A stretch of 63,727 bases of DNA, the filler included, from Lenisia limosa (lineage: Eukaryota; Protista; Breviatea), in assembly GCA_001655205.1 (NCBI GenBank). It is 13 parts of 13 records of this genome, joined end to end, with 100 filler letters (N's around TTAATTAATTAA, not from the genome) between each part and the next. Parts side by side here need not be neighbours in the genome. Positions count along the whole stretch, not along the records: positions 1 to 6,713 come from LPNZ01002564.1; positions 6,814 to 16,052 come from LPNZ01010789.1; positions 16,153 to 19,763 come from LPNZ01002053.1; 10 more parts are not named here. The stretch is one strand, 5' to 3'. Below the pieces are notes generated by a model. The model ran no database searches, had not been told where the DNA came from, and saw only the letters and a list, made by a program, of their open reading frames with translations. Position numbers and translations under genes: made by a program. This document shows positions 1 to 16,260 of the stretch, one piece after another. Positions within the stretch are counted from its first letter, which is position 1; every line of letters begins with the position of its first letter.

Positions 1-59
1 GGAGTTAATATATATATTGAAGACACTCTCTACCTCTTCTATGCCTTATTTTCTACCAG

Positions 60-3196
<3,137 letters not shown>

Positions 3197-3414
3197 AAGG
3201 TTTTGTTGTATAGTATTTCTTTTGTAATATAGCGCGCTTTCTGTTGGTTTATCGGCTGTCTACCCAATCAGGTGAATACGTTATGATAATCAAGTGGCAA
3301 GACCTCTAGTTTGAAAAATAAAAGACAATTGACAATTATATTAACACACGAAACAAATAGATGTTGGTACAAGGATTCCGATTACCTACAGATGACAGAC
3401 AACTAATGGTACAA

Positions 3415-6071
3415 TTATAAAGAGAGTTTGGGTGAAGGCAAAGTAGTAGTGGTGAGTGAAGGTGCTGGGGACGGAGGAGTATGCTGGCTGATTACATCAT
3501 CAAAGAGTCGGGTCACTGTCTGCAAAAATTAGAAGGAAACACAAGCGGTGGAGCAACGTGTATCAACCTAACCACCCACTTGTTGAGGCTCGGACGCGGG
3601 GGCAGATGTTGATGATGGCCTTGAGGGGCTACTGTAGAAAGGATAAGTGGAGTCAAGTAGGAGGAGTTCAAAACAAAAAAAAAACATCAACATACCCTCG
3701 TGTCGGAGTAGGTGGCCCCATTGGGGATGGAGGGGCAGCGGCAATTGTGGAGCGGGGACGAGGGAGGGAGGGTGGAGTGGACGGACTGAAAAGACGGTGG
3801 GCACGGCGAGAGTTTTTACTGCATCATGTCAAGAATGTTGTTGGTTATTTTTGTGAATGTCAGACAAAAAGTGGCCAAGCGGTCAGCCGAAACTTGAACA
3901 GAACCCCTCTTACACTCTTTCGTAACGATGTTTCCTTGACTGAACTGAATGGAGGGTTTTTGCCTGAGGTGTCAGAAATGAAATCCTCTCAAAGCAAATT
4001 ATTCAAGACGGTCTCACGAGGAGCTCCTCAAACCAGTTGGCCAAGGTTGGCGTGAGCTTCAGACACCATGATATACTCCCAGCCCTTATGCGGCTCACAG
4101 AGCCACCAAGCTTTTTGGCAGAGAGATGCCGTGTCAAATCTGGTAGAGGATTATTGATGAAAAGATCCAGCTCCAAATATGAGTATATGTGTAAAGGCTT
4201 ACTTGCCTGAAGGAAATTTTTTCAAAGGATATCCACAAAGAGTGTTGTTAGCTCGATGGCTTGTCATTCGAAGATCCTGAAACATCAATCGAATCATGCC
4301 AATGTCTTCAATCAAATAGTTTACTCACCTCGTGCTTTTGACAGTCAGAAATTTGAAGTTGACAAAATGATTTGGTCTGGATGTGATTACCAGATGAAAT
4401 AACCATGATTACAAACCTCTTGGATAAAGGCTCCGCAAGTTGAAGTTGAGTTGTCCTCGATACTACAAGAATGGACATGTCGAAGGAAGGTGTGGGCAGG
4501 GAAGGACTAAAATTGTTACTATTTGACATAAGTTGAAATCACCTTGGAGCAGACAGGGCATTCAACAACATCTTTTGATCCTTTGGGCAGGGTGTCATTG
4601 TTGTTGCTTTTTTGAAGCCTACACGTTATTCTCAAAATAATTAGTATAATACATACACTGAAACAATAAATAAAAAGAGTACACATTATTTAATTTCTTC
4701 CTTCTGTGGAATTCAATTTACTTCCATACAGCCCATACCTTTTAACAAGTAGCCTGAGCTCCTTGAACGTTTCCTATGAAAGTTAGGATATCCTTTTTGT
4801 AAGCAGTAGCAGCGATTGGAACCCCAGCTGCATACCTGAGCAGCAAACACCTTTTCATTGAGTTCAGCCTCCTCGGCTAAGAGTTCAGCAAGTTCACTTT
4901 CTTCAGCTTCGGAGAGAACTGGTGCATCAACTAAAAGATTACAGAAAGTAAGCTGAGGTAGTGAATGGCACCACTTACCCATGACGCGTTTGAGAAGAAC
5001 CTCTGCCGCACTATCGCAGCATGAAGCCGAGCAATAGCTGCTGTTTGGACGTCGAGGCTTGTCGCACCCTAAAATATCAAACGACATCATGAAACAATCA
5101 AGAAAAAAGATAGTTGCCAACCAGGGTTGCAGCAATGAGGAAGTGAAGACAAGCACTTCTTGCAAACGTAAGCATCACGCTCTTTCAATCGTGAAGCACG
5201 GTCTTTGGAGATTCCAATGTTGAAAAGTGAGTCTGATGCCTTGCATCTATTATGTTACAAAATATTGACAAAAAAAAAAAAANNNNNNNNNNNNNNNNNN
5301 NNNNNNNNNNNNNNNNNNNNNNNNNNNNNNNNNNNNGGTTCCATTTGAGTCCGTTAGCTTTCGAAGCTGCTCAGTGGTGATACCAACACACGCGGGATGA
5401 AACCAGTCCTCGCATCTGACGGGTGAGAAAGAAAACAAAGCAATGCTCTCAAAAAATAGCACTAACCTGTCACAGGCAATCATGTCCTCGTTAGCGAAGG
5501 GCTTGCGGCAAAGGCAATAGACTGTCTCCCCATTTGAAGTTGTACTTGCGCCCTTCTTTGAAGAAGGACTCTAAAAAAAGGTATAAACAATAATAATAGT
5601 GTTAGACAGCCAATCCTAGGCCAAAAACGCGCGAATTTGGCGAGATATCCAGAAAAAAAGTGGTCAAATTTGGCATTCTTCAGGCTGAAGAGATCTAGGC
5701 AATTAAATGCCCCTCAAACCTTATGAAGAGATCCACTGGCTCTTGCCTAAACTTAAGTCAAAGACGAAACGTAAATATAGCCGTAAAAGAGATCGATTTA
5801 TGTACAATTAATTGAGAAAACGCAGGAATAGTCGTCATCAAAGGCAAAAGCCGACCTTTTCAATGGCACTCTCCTTTCCATAGCGATGCCCATAGGCGGA
5901 CGGAGAATTTATTTCTGATTTGACGCGTTTTGGCGGAGATGAGGAGTGCGGAGGTGTCAACGGTGAACTTCTAGAAAATGGATTGGACTTGATAGGAGTT
6001 GAAACTGGCGATGGCGATGTTTTTGGCGATGATGCCTTACAAACAGAGGACAATAACTCTAATCCTGACAT
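3415..6071 (-). CDS. PHD-finger protein, Cfp1/CXXC1/Spp1-like (COMPASS subunit), multi-exon with an internal gap
   Basis: Spliced PHD [31 protein letters not shown] (5570-5467, 5415-5337). CDKPRRPNSSYCSASCCDSAAEVLLKRV (about 4985-5070) and CQKAWWLCEPHKGWEYIMVSE (about 4050-4130) resemble the Cfp1/Spp1 C-terminal domain. Start (6071) and end (3415) are my best estimates. Confidence 0.72.
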
Positions 6072-6400
6072 TGTTTTTGCTTCACAAATTAAAACAGCAA
6101 CCTCATCCTTCAAAACATCTCTAAAACTAATACCCTAGCACAGATAAGCTATTAGAACGTTTAATTTGAGAATTTCCAAATCCAATTCCAAATCTCTATA
6201 TGAGCAAGGGGCATTTATATGATGTCAAACCCAATTGATTCGTCTTTTTTTTTTCCCAATAATAATACTGGGGAATTGAACTATTTGTTGTTGTATATAT
6301 CTGCGTATTGGATTGCTTAAGCCGAAAAAATATAACATTTTTTTTTGTTTGCTGTTTCTTGTGTGTTGCTAAGTCCCTCTTTCAAATCTCTCCGTAAAAA

Positions 6401-6659
<259 letters not shown>

Positions 6660-6713
6660 TGATTACATATTTATTGCCTCACTGCAATTACAAGACCTTA
6701 CATTTTTTTACTT

Positions 6714-6813
6714 NNNNNNNNNNNNNNNNNNNNNNNNNNNNNNNNNNNNNNNNNNNNTTAATTAATTAANNNNNNNNNNNNNNNNNNNNNNNNNNNNNNN
6801 NNNNNNNNNNNNN
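6714..6813. other. Artificial scaffold spacer (44N-TTAATTAATTAA-44N), first of 12
   Basis: Identical 100-nt spacers at 6714, 16053, 19764, 21421, 23954, 26483, 32600, 49396, 50834, 54080, 56924 and 59617. The motif places stops in all six frames. Confidence 0.97.
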
Positions 6814-6947
6814 TTTTGAAAAAATATCACATTTCCAAAAAATATCACATTTCTGGACTCTACAGATATGTATATCATATCATCATTTTTGATTACTTTT
6901 TCAGCATATAGTATATCATATATCATACTGTAGGTGATTTCTTCCCT

Positions 6948-8803
6948 ATGATTTTCGATCACTTTGCCCCTGGCACTGTCCTTGCTAACCGCGGTTTCAT
7001 GATGTATGCCAGCGCCCTGGTCATTCTCATGCCTCTTTGTATTATGAGAGGTTGGTGTGGTGGAAAATCATTAGATATGATATATCTTCCATTTTTTTTT
7101 TTTTTTTTTTTCNNNNNNNNNNNNNNNNNNNNNNNNNNNNNNNNNNNNNNNNNNNNNNNNNNNNNNNNNNNNNNNNNNNNNNNNNNNNNNNNNNNNNNNN
7201 NNNNNNNNNNNNNNNNNNNNNNNNNNATGAGAATGGTATTGGAAAAGTGGGTGGGGCCTCCATTTGTGTTTGTTTGAACCAGATTTATTTTTGGGCACTA
7301 GTCTTACCCATAGATTTGCATATATTGAAGAAAATCTCCTCCTCCTGTTTATTTTAGGCTTAGCATGAGGTTCAGTTTCAAAATACTGATCACTGTAGGA
7401 TGTAAACTACGTTTTCAGTGGAAGTTGGAACGTATTCATTGCCATTCCTCTGATGTCTGTGTCATTCACTTGCCATTACAATGCGCCTGTCCTTTACAAA
7501 ACCCTGAAGGTATGTGGAAGGGTCGATTTGTTGGCTTTTAATGCGAATAGTTGCTTAGTTTTTTAGACGCGTACCACTTCACAAATGGCCAAGGTCATCA
7601 ATTTTTCTTCGCTCATCTGTATCTCTCTTTATGTCGTCATGGTGTGAGGGGAAAATAAGAAGAATAAAGTTCCGTATTTTTAACTGGGCACAAAATCAAA
7701 CATTTTAAACATAGTCAGTTTGCCGTCTTTTTATCACATCCTCCCGTTCGATAGCCAAGTGATTGTTTCAGTTTTTCATCATTGGAGAAAATATCGGGTA
7801 GACTTTCTAATGGAAGTGCTTCATGAAAAGGAATGGCTCCCAGGTCATTCCTTCTCTCGAGAAGCAAAAAATTCTCAGTATTTCAAAAAAAAGCATCATG
7901 TTTTTCTGAATATTTATTCTGCCAGGCAACTACCGGATATCTTATGTTCGGTACTGAAACAGAAGGTGATATTCTTCACGCTTTCAGCAGGTGAGCTTGA
8001 GTTTCTGATTGAGGGTACACTTCCCTCCCAGTTTTTTTTATTTTTTTTATTTTTTTTATTTTATGTAAATATATATTTACTTACGTAATGCAGTGATGAT
8101 CATCTTGCGCTCTTCTCCCGCCTTGGTTTAACAGCGACAATTCTCTTCTCTTTCCCCCTCATTTTCCATGCTTCTCGTTCAACTGTGAGAGGATGGATGG
8201 GTTCTAGTCTCTTTCTGTTTCTGTTGTTTTTTTTTTATTTTTTAGTTCGAATCGTTGTTCTTTGGTGAAACAGCGTGTAGTAACACGAGAAACTTTTTCG
8301 AAACTTTCATTGGTATTTTCTCTTGTGTCTCAATTGCCTTTGCAAACAAAAGTTGGCTGGGTTGTCTTTGTGGTTTGTTTGACCTGCCCCCCTCCCCCCA
8401 AGAAGTGAGAGTTGTTCATTGATTTAGAAATTGAGAACGTTATGGCCTACAATGGATCTCTCTTTGNNNNNNNNNNNNNNNNNNNNNNNNNNNNNNNNNN
8501 NNNACCTTTATTGTGTACATTCTTCCTGGTGGGCTTTTTTTTTTGGTTTTTAAATCTCCTTTTATTGGGATGTTCTCTTTTCATAATCTAGGATTAATGT
8601 ACTATATCATTACCAAGAAAGAAACGGGAAAGAAGGTTTGTTGCGTATTGTAGAAATGCATTTCTCACTTTCAGATGTTGTTTGCTGACTGACCCCTTTA
8701 GCCCTTCTTCAGCCCTCTCCTGGTCCTGATCGGAGTAGTGTTCTGTGTTTCTGGTTTCATTGTCACCACACTTAAGCTTCTTGGTAAAATTTCCGAGAAC
8801 TAG
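6948..8803 (+). CDS. Amino-acid transporter, AAAP/SLC38 (Aa_trans) family, 5' partial
   Basis: Exons encode FAIPLMSVSFTCHYNAPVLY, ATTGYLMFGTETEGDIL, FSRLGLTATILFSFPLIF, IENVMAYNGSLF, IVYILP and a terminal TM LLVLIGVVFCVSGFIV; stop TAG 8801-8803. Confidence 0.82.
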
Positions 8804-9199
8804 AGGGTATTTTATTTCTTCTTGATTTGATAAATGGTATATTTGTATTTGAACATTACTCTTTGTTTTGGTATTGAGGTATCATACTGTGAATAGTATC
8901 AAGACCAATACCTGTTTGAAGACATGGCTGCATGGGGAGTTGGGGGGTCAGTAAATCAAGGGTCATCGCATATTTTGAGATCGATCGGTTCAGCTGGTAG
9001 GCACAATACATAGGGTGTAAATATCTGTTACCGCAAAAAAAAAAAGCTTATCAAAATATTAAAGGGCTCAAGTCGTCCAAATTTTCGATTTTTTTTTTGT
9101 TTTTGGAGTTGGATTTGAGTTGGAAGAAGGAAGAAGATGTGGAGATGATAGGTAATAAAAGCAACCAACAAGGTGCTAACTAGGATGTTTCTTTGCCCC

Positions 9200-12100
9200 C
9201 TCTAAGCCACCTCTACAGCTGTTACGCTCACCATTAGTAGTACGACTTTAGAGAGTGTCAGGTTTGGCGTTTCGTTCGTCTTCGATTGTTCCGGTCATAT
9301 CAATTGTGTTACGGATTGACGCTGATATTCATAACAGTACAACTCCTTAAAAGTTTTTTTTTCTTTAAGTTGAGGAAAAAGAAGCGCTTAAGAGTTGGAT
9401 TATCCGTATCATCAGCCTTTTATTGCCTCCTCTTCCGCCCACCTTCTTATCCCCCAGAAATGCCAGAGTCTTTTGCTCTTGCCCCCTCCGGTGACTGGAA
9501 ATGGGTGCGCTCAGTATGTGTCCATGGGCAACAGTTTTTGGTAAGTGGTTCGAATTTGGCACAATCTATTCAGACAAGTAGCATAGAATGGTATTGTTTT
9601 TTTTTTCTTTTTTTTTTTTTAATTCATCTTCCCCTATTGTGGGTCTCATTCTTTTAGGCCCATCCTTCTGGAAACCGTATTGTTATCAGGTGGCTTGGTG
9701 TTTTAAATTGCCATCCATTATCCTCCACCTATAACCACAAGAGATACATAGATGGTCCGAAGAATAATGGTATATATATGTATATGCAGTCTGTAACAAG
9801 TATATTATATTTACTTATCAATCTAATGGCATATCATTTGTGAATATAACCTTGAAGGTCTCCTGTGCTCGACATTTTATCAATTATTGAGTTTTCTGCA
9901 CCTATTCAAGGCTTTTCCTGGAATACAATTACTGGAGAGGTGGGGGAAGGTTTGATTTGATCATCTTTGATTCTAAACGTTGTTTTTTTTTCTTTTTTGT
10001 CTTTTCTCTCTCTATTGAGTTGGGTTTGGTATCAGATTTACTTTCTAGTTTGCTGCAGCCCTCGGACAAAATGTAACTATTTTTGACGTTTCAATTCCAC
10101 ATTCTCAGAATCTCAACGTATGTTCATATTCACATTTGGATTCTCACTTCTCACATGAGGCTGGTTGCTTTATGTTCAATAAAAAGATTTTTTAATTAAG
10201 TATATTTATCTAGGATGTTTCTAGCATCAGTCTTTCAGTATCTTTGGGCAAACCAGGGGCAACTTATCCGTTCAGGTTGAACACGCGCATTGGCGCGAGG
10301 TGCAGTCCTTCACTTCCATTGGTGAAGTAACTGAAATGGATTGGCTCGGAGAGAACACTTTAATACTGGCTACTGGGCTAAAATTGGAACTTTGGACCAG
10401 GGCTATCAGACAAAAGCGAAGAAGATCCCGGACCAAACGCCAGGAAACTACTGAGGTTTGTTGAGGTCTTTACATATACAGTCTCTTTTAGGCACACGTG
10501 AAAATTTAGTGGCACCAACGGTGGTCATCTGAGACTCTCTCTAGGAAGGTCTCTCGCGTGTCTGCAACTCCTTTTGGGAAGGTTCGTACCGATAACTTGA
10601 TTTTGGCCCTAAACACGGGTTTACTTGTAGTGTTGGCCGTTTTGTTACACTGTTATTTTCCAAGTGTTTCATGGTGGTAACTTTTCATACATATTACTAT
10701 TTACTCGTCCATTTTTGAACAAGTGAACGTGTGGATGGCTTTTCAGATAAAACAGTTTCAGATTGTATTTTCCTGTAAATCCGTTTCGCCTATTTTATTT
10801 CAGGTGTTTGCTTCATGTGGAGAAAACGAATCTCATGTCAAAGTCTGGGTACCCCACCCATTAGATGGTTGGTTCCTTTTCTAGTTTTAAGATTTATCTA
10901 GCTATTGCTTTATATCAGCAGTGATTGTGGCTTTTTGACGATTCAGTTGAAGACCCTCCAAGCCGGTTCCAGTTTCAATCAATTCCTCATCTTCATCCAG
11001 TATCAATGATGGCATGGCGTCCACAAGAGAGCACGTAGGTTTGATCTGTTTTTCGTATACTCATCCGCTGCTGTTACATACATTTATGATATAAATATCA
11101 CATAAATTGGATTTATTGCGGTCCAATGAGACATAACAATATTTTATTTTGATTTACTGACATTACGCTCATTCACATGAAAGGAGAGTTCTAGTTCAGA
11201 TTTGAGGTTGAATATCCCTTTATTGCTCTCTTGATTTCTTACCTTTTCCCTTGCTCTGAACGTAATATGATATGATATGTAGTTGTAGATATACCAGTAT
11301 TATATTAAATTGGGAGTTAACATCGGGACTCTGACACCCTATTAATTANNNNNNNNNNNNNNNNNNNNNNNNNNNNNNNNNNNNNNNNNNNNNNNNNNNN
11401 NNNNNNNNNNNNNNNNNNNNNNNNNNNNNNNNNNNNNNNNNNNNNNNNNNNNNNNNNNNNNNNNNNNNNNNNNNNNNNNNNNNNCTTTGCTGATGACGTT
11501 TTCCAATGAAACTCTGCGATTATGGCAAGTCTCTCACGATTGGCCTGAAGGTTTGCTTAACTTTGTAATTCTATTTATTGAGCACTGCAACAAAGCCTCT
11601 GTATGATAGGAAACCGAAATATCAATGTTTACCGAGGGCTATTGTTAAATTCAGTTTTAAATAATTCACTTCGATTATTTAACTATTGTTTCACAAAGTG
11701 CCCCCCCCCCCCCCNNNNNNNNNNNNNNNNNNNNNNNNNNNNNNNNNNNNNNNNNNNNNNNNNNNNNNNNNNNNNNNNNNNNNNNNNNNNNNNNNNNNNN
11801 NNNNNNNNNNNNNNNNNNNNNNTCGTGCCTCTCCCCTTGTCCTGGAGACCCTATTAGGGTATCGTGGACAAAGTGCCCACCTCGCCCTTCGAAGCCATTC
11901 AAGGTTAGCGAGAATAGACCTCCTGTTGACCTTCATCGTTATATATTAGGGCTGTGGTTCTTGTGTTGCTGAGCGTTTACGTTTCAGGCTCTTAGCTACG
12001 GCTACGAATGTGACTGGATTGCGGGTCAAACGGCCACAGGAACTCTCGTATTGTGGCAGGTCATAGGTAAAGTGGGGTCGACTCTCATTTCCCTCTTCCA

Positions 12101-15100
12101 ATCTTCTCCACTTTTCCTAACCTACCTGGTGGTGGTGGTGGGGGGGGGGTTGATCAATTGAGGGAACAGGCTTTATAAAGTAATTGTTAAAGAAATTTTC
12201 AAAGACTGAGTTAATTTGAAATACTATTTTCTTCATTGCTTCACGTGTGGCCGTGGATTTTTGATAGTCTTTTGTTCCATTTACAAGTCACTTTTACAGG
12301 ACTTAACACTTTCCCTCGCCCAGCACCCCAAGCCATTTCTTGGAACACGACCCCTGATGTGGGGAGGGGATGAGATCAGATTTATAATTTTATGGAAAAT
12401 GAATAAATTCATTGTTGAAAGAGTTCCCCCTCTAATTGTTCTTAGGTATTTCCCGATATTGGCTGCATGCCCCCTTTCCTGTCCGTTTTCGGCCATTTTG
12501 ATGCTCTAGAAACTGCAGGTGAGGGAATAAGGGTGTATCTTCTCACATACAGTACATATATTTATACATTACATATTATATAATTAAGTCAATTTTTATT
12601 TTCTACCATATATTAATCATATACTACATATCATATGACATATACTTTTGGTAGGTATATACATGTAGCTATATCATATATATACTGTATATATTCTGTT
12701 TGTTATGGTATATACTACCACAATGTTATCTTTTTATTCTCACAGATTCGTGTCTGTTTATTCCCCAGGGCATACATCCATCATTGTCCGTGACTCTTTA
12801 ACTCGATTCGACATGCTACTTCTCCCCACATCCCTTGAAGTGGTCACACCGGCAGGACCCCCTCCAACTTCTAGGTATGCACGTGGCATGGGACTGAGAC
12901 CAAAATCGATTATTCCCGAAGGGACCGCAGTTTTATTTTCTAAGTTTGTCTTTATCTTCTGATTTGCTGCCTCGTGGGCTCAAATTGGTTTTATGATTGT
13001 TTGCTTGAGTCTTAGTTTATTTCATTCACATCTAACAGTATGTTGGCGTTGCATATCGACCTTGTTCCATGTATGAAGCCGTCAACTCCTCCAGCTTCAA
13101 TTCCTCTTGCCTGTACTTTAGGTCGGTATCATGTCAGTGAATTTTTGAAGAACTTAACCTTCTTTTTTTTTATATACATATGTATACATGTATATTTCTA
13201 TGACACACAGGACTGTCATCTCCGGTAAAGGTGCTGAATGCACATCCCACACGCCCGTTATTTGTGTCCCTTACCGAACACAGTGCTGTAATTTGGCAGG
13301 CACGGCCTGACGTTGGAGGGGGGGGTGATTTCTTGATGATTGTCTATTATCTTGTGGGGAAGGTTTCATTTAGGTCGTATTTTTTATGTTATGTAACATT
13401 CAGGTTGGAGTGGTTCCTCTTGCACCTGCTCCAGAAATTTGGCACTCAACTTCATGGGTAAGATGGGGCTCTTTATTTCTCAGCAAAAACACCAGCAATG
13501 TTATTGTTTTTTCTGAGTTTTAATATTTTTCTTAATATCCGGAAGATTGGTAGTTTCAATTTCCAGGTACCGCCTGCTGACTCTGTTGCACGGTGTATTA
13601 GAGCTGGAATGGTTCGTGGTGCGTCTTAGATTTTTCGTCACACTATTTTTATATTTTTGAACACCCTTAGATTACAATTATTCATATAAATACTGAAACC
13701 TAACAAATGTAAATATTTTCACATCATCGTTCAGGCCATTCTTGTTGCAGCATCGTCATCCGGTATAATGCTGTGTGTTGTTGAGCAAGACCCCGCGCTT
13801 TCTTCTTCGGGTATGTTTGGAGTATTGCTTTTCTTTGTATTGGCAGCAAATTGTGGATAATTCAATAATATTGCTTACTTAGTATTATATGGCACTACAG
13901 CTTCAATAAATCTTGAAATCTCGATATTTTACTTCTTAACTTTTCAGCGGCAGTCTCCCGTGATCCCTGCTCAATTTTGGACGTCTTGTCACATGAAAAT
14001 GTTGAAGAGGTCTACACAAGTCTGGTCCATCCTAAAAAGACCATCTATTCTGTGAGGGGTTTTTACATTACAAGGGCAATTTTGGAATTAATAAGGAGCC
14101 TTCTAATGTCTTAGGGTTACTCAGGATTCTACAAGGAGTTTTACGTACTTGCTCTTTCAAGAAACAGAAAAGAGATTATGGTGAGGAGGGCTTTCTTTTG
14201 ACAAGAAACAAGTCAAATTTTGAGCCTCATGATATACTTTCAGCTTGAAACTGTCATTAGGAAACTTTAGAATTTTGATATTTTTCTACTTCGGAGAGGA
14301 CTGAAGATAATTCCAATTTGAACTATTGTTTATATGCCATGGATGTTTTCATCATATTTTTATTATTCAATGATGCTTTCAAGATTTGGCAAGTAGGAGT
14401 CGGCAATCTGCACTCAGGGCTACCTTGGTTCGAATTCATTAAAGTTCCGACCATTGTTCAGGTACCACACGGTGAGGGTGGTTTCGCAATTTTTCTTTTG
14501 TTCTTAGTCAGTTAGAGGTTGTATTTGATCTTAGTAGAAGTTTCCATCACTTGTGCAACTCAAATCCCCGCACATACTTGGGGGGCCTGTTCTTATCTTT
14601 GCTCTGATAGAGTGCCGGCGTCTTCGAGCTCAGATTTAGATTTTAAGACGAAGTTAACCCAGAAGCCTCTTAGCACTCTTGGTAAATGGTTGAGTGTGAA
14701 TGGGTCCATCTTCAAGCTTATGCGAATAAGATTATTTTTTAAAATGTGCTTGATACGTATGCTGGGGAGGTATACAGAAAGCTGTGTGCACAGAGTTGTA
14801 AGGTAAATGATTGGGTGATTTAGTATTATTCTATCTCTTATAAGGGTGATGATATGAACGGCTTCGGCCCAATCGTATTTTTTATTTCTCATTGCTATTG
14901 TAATATATTATATGTATGATACATCAGATTATATACATGTACCTGTATCATATGTGATATCATATATATTATATAATTTTGCTGTTTGTAACAACTCGGT
15001 ACTCCTGCTTCCAGCAATGATCTTTTAGGTTCGTGGAGTCAAGACGTTTCGTCATATACAATCGCATGTGGTTGCTCAAATGGATCAGTTTGTGGCTGAA

Positions 15101-16052
15101 AGCTTTCTAGGGTGAACCGAATTGTATTGGATATGGTAACCATTTAGGTGTTACTTCTTGCCGTCATATCTACTCCAGAGCAAACTGAACACATCCCAAT
15201 CGTTTGAAGGGATATGATAAGTGGCTTCAAGATAGATTTGCGTCACCTTCCAGGCCGAACAGAAACAACCTTCTTCCAACCCATGGGCAAGTGATGATGA
15301 TGTCGAAGACGAGCCAAAAACTACCATAAGCGTGGGTTGTGGAGTTTTATACATCTCTATCACCTCATGCTAATAATGTCAAAGTCTTTTGTTTCCCCTC
15401 TTTCCTGTAACTTTGAAACTTCTTTCATCTCGTAGCCAATAACAATGAAATTTGTGGAAAGTTTCAAAGCTGGTGATAGCCCTGTATCGCGCATTGCTGT
15501 TGGAGCCAGTGTGAGAATAGGTAGGAATGTTGCCTTTTGGCTTTCTAATAGTGTTAGTTTAATAAAGGCGTAATTTTTAAGGATGACTTTTTTGTGTTGT
15601 TTACCAAGTTCATAGTTTGAATTGGCTTTAATAATGATTCCTTTCACGATTTAGCCGTTGTTCTCGAAGACAACCAGTCAGTGTCCATTTGGGAGTGCGA
15701 AAGCCGCTCTCCTCATTTCTCAAAAGAAGCATATATTCCACTGGACTCTAACACAGACCAGTAAGCTCATATATTAGCTTTGATTTTCAGGGAGTGTTGT
15801 TATGATATCATTTACATCCTTCATATTTGCAGAATAAAGACGAGAATGTAATTCATTTAATTCAAAAGGATTTTGTTTAGGCCTAATATTTTAGAGCGTC
15901 CCAAAAGGAACCTCCTGAGGGATTTGGACACTCAAATGAAACGTGCTCCTGTCTTCAAAAAATCCGGTACCAGGATTTTTATTGGTAAAACTGAACTTTT
16001 GGTGAATTGATACCCTTCTGAACGTGGTAGTGTAATGCTGCTATAGCTTTTG
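9200..16052 (+). CDS. Large WD40-repeat protein, possibly rabconnectin-3 alpha/DMXL/Rav1-like (many small exons, 3' truncated)
   Basis: Exon peptides VFASCGENESHVKVW (about 10803-10848), LLMTFSNETLRLWQ (about 11485-11525) and VKVLNAHPTRPLFVSLTEHSAVIWQ (about 13225-13300) occur in the order of similar DMXL N-terminal segments. Plus-strand GT/AG signals throughout. Boundaries approximate. Confidence 0.5.
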
Positions 16053-16260
16053 NNNNNNNNNNNNNNNNNNNNNNNNNNNNNNNNNNNNNNNNNNNNTTAA
16101 TTAATTAANNNNNNNNNNNNNNNNNNNNNNNNNNNNNNNNNNNNNNNNNNNNCCGTTGGGATTGCTTTTTATTGTACAAGAAGAAGAGTCAAACTACCAA
16201 CAGCAAGGAGGAAAACCAATATAACACTGTTGGGAAGAATCAACTAAAATAACTATATTA

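Noticed and set aside
5920-6138. Plus-strand acidic ORF 5920-6138
   Set aside because: It is antisense to the first exon of the Cfp1/Spp1-like gene, which splices in frame to the PHD exon.
6758-6769. TTAATTAATTAA palindrome recurring 12 times
   Set aside because: It is always centred in 44 N + 44 N; this is an artificial six-frame-stop scaffold linker, not a biological motif or CRISPR-like repeat.
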